A stretch of DNA of 64,000 nt from assembly GCA_040954595.2 (NCBI GenBank), contig CM082586.2:12245337-12309336 (forward strand). The letters are read 5' to 3'. A model generated the notes under the pieces. It saw nothing but the letters and a program-made list of their open reading frames with translations. It was not told the DNA's origin and ran no database searches. This DNA is from Balanoglossus misakiensis (lineage: Eukaryota; Animalia; Hemichordata). Position numbers and translations under genes: made by a program. Below are positions 61,995-64,000 of this stretch, piece after piece. The stretch's first letter is position 1. Each line of letters begins with the position of its first letter.

Positions 61995-62138
61995 GTTTTC
62001 CGTCCCTATGCAAAGTTTTGGTTCACACCATTGATGCAATGGTTGATAAGTGATCAGACGTGTGGTCATGGAATCCATTACATGATCAGAGATGTCATGG
62101 TGGTTATGTTGATGTGGGCAACTACAGCAACGCCTGAG
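61995..62138 (+). pseudogene. PRKDC: DNA-PKcs exon
   Basis: VFRPYAKFWFTPLMQW...GHGIHYMIRDV..W, resembling VFRPYAKHWLSPLLQL...GEGIHYMVVEI. Confidence 0.92.
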
Positions 62139-62673
62139 GTAAGAATTAAAGAGACAAATAGATGATTGTATGATGTGAGAGTAAAAATCTCACTGAAATG
62201 AATAAATGGTGGAGACCGGTTATTTCAAGTCTGCAAGCGGGATAGAAGTTGTGTGTGGTTGAAAGTTGATTCGCAATATATCCACATGTACATTAACATA
62301 AAAGGTGTCTTGTATCAAACATAATAAATGGAAAAAGGGCAGCGAGAGAGAGACTTTGTCCCTTTAAGAAATGCCCATGTTAATATTGCATATACAGCAT
62401 CTTACTGTTTTGTGTTTCTGTGGATTATCAGATATTGCAAGTTAGAAAGTTTTTTCAACTTAAACTCTAAATTATAGATCAGCTTTGCTGTACTTTGGCA
62501 GATTTATTATAGTACTCATGAAGTAGAAAAATGAGAACCATATTTAACTGAATAATTTATTGCAATCAAGGACTTCAAAATTTCATAAAATAGTGAAATA
62601 GACATTCATCATTTCAGAAACTGTTTTGTTTTATACAGACAACTAATTCCATGCTGAAGGTTTCAATAATGTA

Positions 62674-63740
62674 CAGACCCGCCAATAAGTATTTACGCAC
62701 CTTGAAAATGTACGTTTGACATGAAAAATTATTCACAAAATTGATCGACTGTAACTTATTTCCGAAAATAAATAACCTACGGAAGGTTTAACCCATTTTA
62801 GTCAACACAGATGTGTTGCCGCGCTGAATTTGACTGCATACGCGGCGAGTTTTCCGGCCAGTGAAAATTCCTATGGTTATTGCAATGGCGGTATACTCAT
62901 TAAGATATCATTTGCATCTCATTAAGTTTTCGCACCATTGTTTCCGTGGCTAATTTCCCTCTATTCGTATTTAAATCTCCACCAATCAGAGCTTTTAAAT
63001 ATAATTCCGATTAAATTTGAGGGGCGGGAAAATCTGCCAGACTTGCTTATGAATATTCTGATCGAGGTTGTCGGAGGTTGCTGCATAATTTTTGTTTGTA
63101 GACATTGAATCAATGAAATCATGCCCAAAGTTCGCGAACTTCCTGAATTTGTGAAAGGTCAATTTGAGGCACTGCATAGGCAAGGTTTGAGGAACAGGGA
63201 AATCGCAAGGCAGCTTGGAATCATCGAAGGCAGCGTCAGGTACAACATTCGGAAACTTGTTCAAAATGGTAGCACATACAATTTACAGCGATCTGGACGG
63301 CCAAGGCGAACAACGGAACGGGAAGACCGAATGTTGATAAGATCAAGTCTGACGGACAGAATCAAGACGGCCCGTGACCTCCGCGCTAAATTTCATGAGG
63401 ATACCAGGAAACTTTTGAGTATGAGCACAATCAAATCTCGATTGTATAGAGGAGCTTGACTCTATGGATGTGTGACTAAGAAAAAGCCGAAATTACAACC
63501 CCGGCACATCACAGCTCGACTACGTTTCGCCCTGCGTTAGGTCAACTGGATACCTGTTCAGTGGTCTCGGGTTGTGTGGGCAGACGAGTCTAAGTTCACC
63601 GTGTTTAGGAGCCGAGGGAGAGTTTTCGTTAGACGGCGACCTGGCGAAGAGTACGAAAATTGACTGTATCAGTCCCGCAGTAAAGTTTGGTGGTGGCAGT
63701 GTTATGGTTTGGGGGTGTTTCTTGGCTGCAGGTGTGGGTT
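62674..63740 (+). mobile_element. Tc1-like transposon, 3'-truncated pseudogene (transposase 63121-~63740)
   Basis: TA-CAGACCCGCC terminus; HTH, SGRPRRTT, stops at 63457 and 63538, WADESKF, KFGGGSVMVWGCF; no second D/E region or right TIR seen. Confidence 0.9.
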
Positions 63741-64000
63741 GTCAAAACTCTGGATAAACTCAGTGTGTAGGTCATAGCCGTTTCAGGGTGTGCAGGCTTG
63801 ACCTTTTGTTATCATGAAAGGTATTAGATATTATTACAGATTTGACGGTATATTTGTTCTCTGGGTAAAGTTGTACATTTTATCATATTTCTTTTCCATT
63901 GCCATTGATTTCAGACTTGCTGCTGCACTACCACCCCTGGTCAAAGGACAGCCTAAGGCTTCATCCTTTGTATGTGTTGATTCAGCCAATCCATTATTTA

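Noticed and set aside
32100-62138. Functional PRKDC gene
   Set aside because: Multiple frameshifts and stops of different types plus a large exon gap

Overview
AT-rich eukaryotic (animal, probably marine invertebrate) DNA dominated by nested transposable elements, with no intact host gene. (1) A minus-strand Ty3/Gypsy LTR retrotransposon (~2440-10261) has PNMA-like gag, a GGGAAAC -1 frameshift signal plus hairpin, pol (PR-RT-RH-IN), a tRNA-Pro PBS, a few disabling lesions and a truncated 3' LTR. (2) A 9.8-kb Academ-type DNA transposon (12746-22591; TIRs, TGTA TSD) has a decayed transposase/XPG/Cys-rich ORF that carries an in-frame OTU deubiquitinase-like domain; at least five other Academ-like elements (YAGT termini, 3-bp TSDs) are present. 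(3) Plus-strand spliced exon fragments come from three unrelated host genes, all incomplete or damaged: MED25/PTOV domain, calcium-binding EGF repeats, and ten PRKDC (DNA-PKcs) exons with frameshifts, stops and a large internal gap. (4) There are many non-autonomous elements (Helentron/HINE-like, Crypton-like hairpin, Transib-, Zator-, piggyBac- and pogo-like), L2-type LINE fragments and a truncated Tc1. A ~2-kb transposon-mediated inversion can be reconstructed. Family names rest on recalled motifs and terminus/TSD rules, not database searches.
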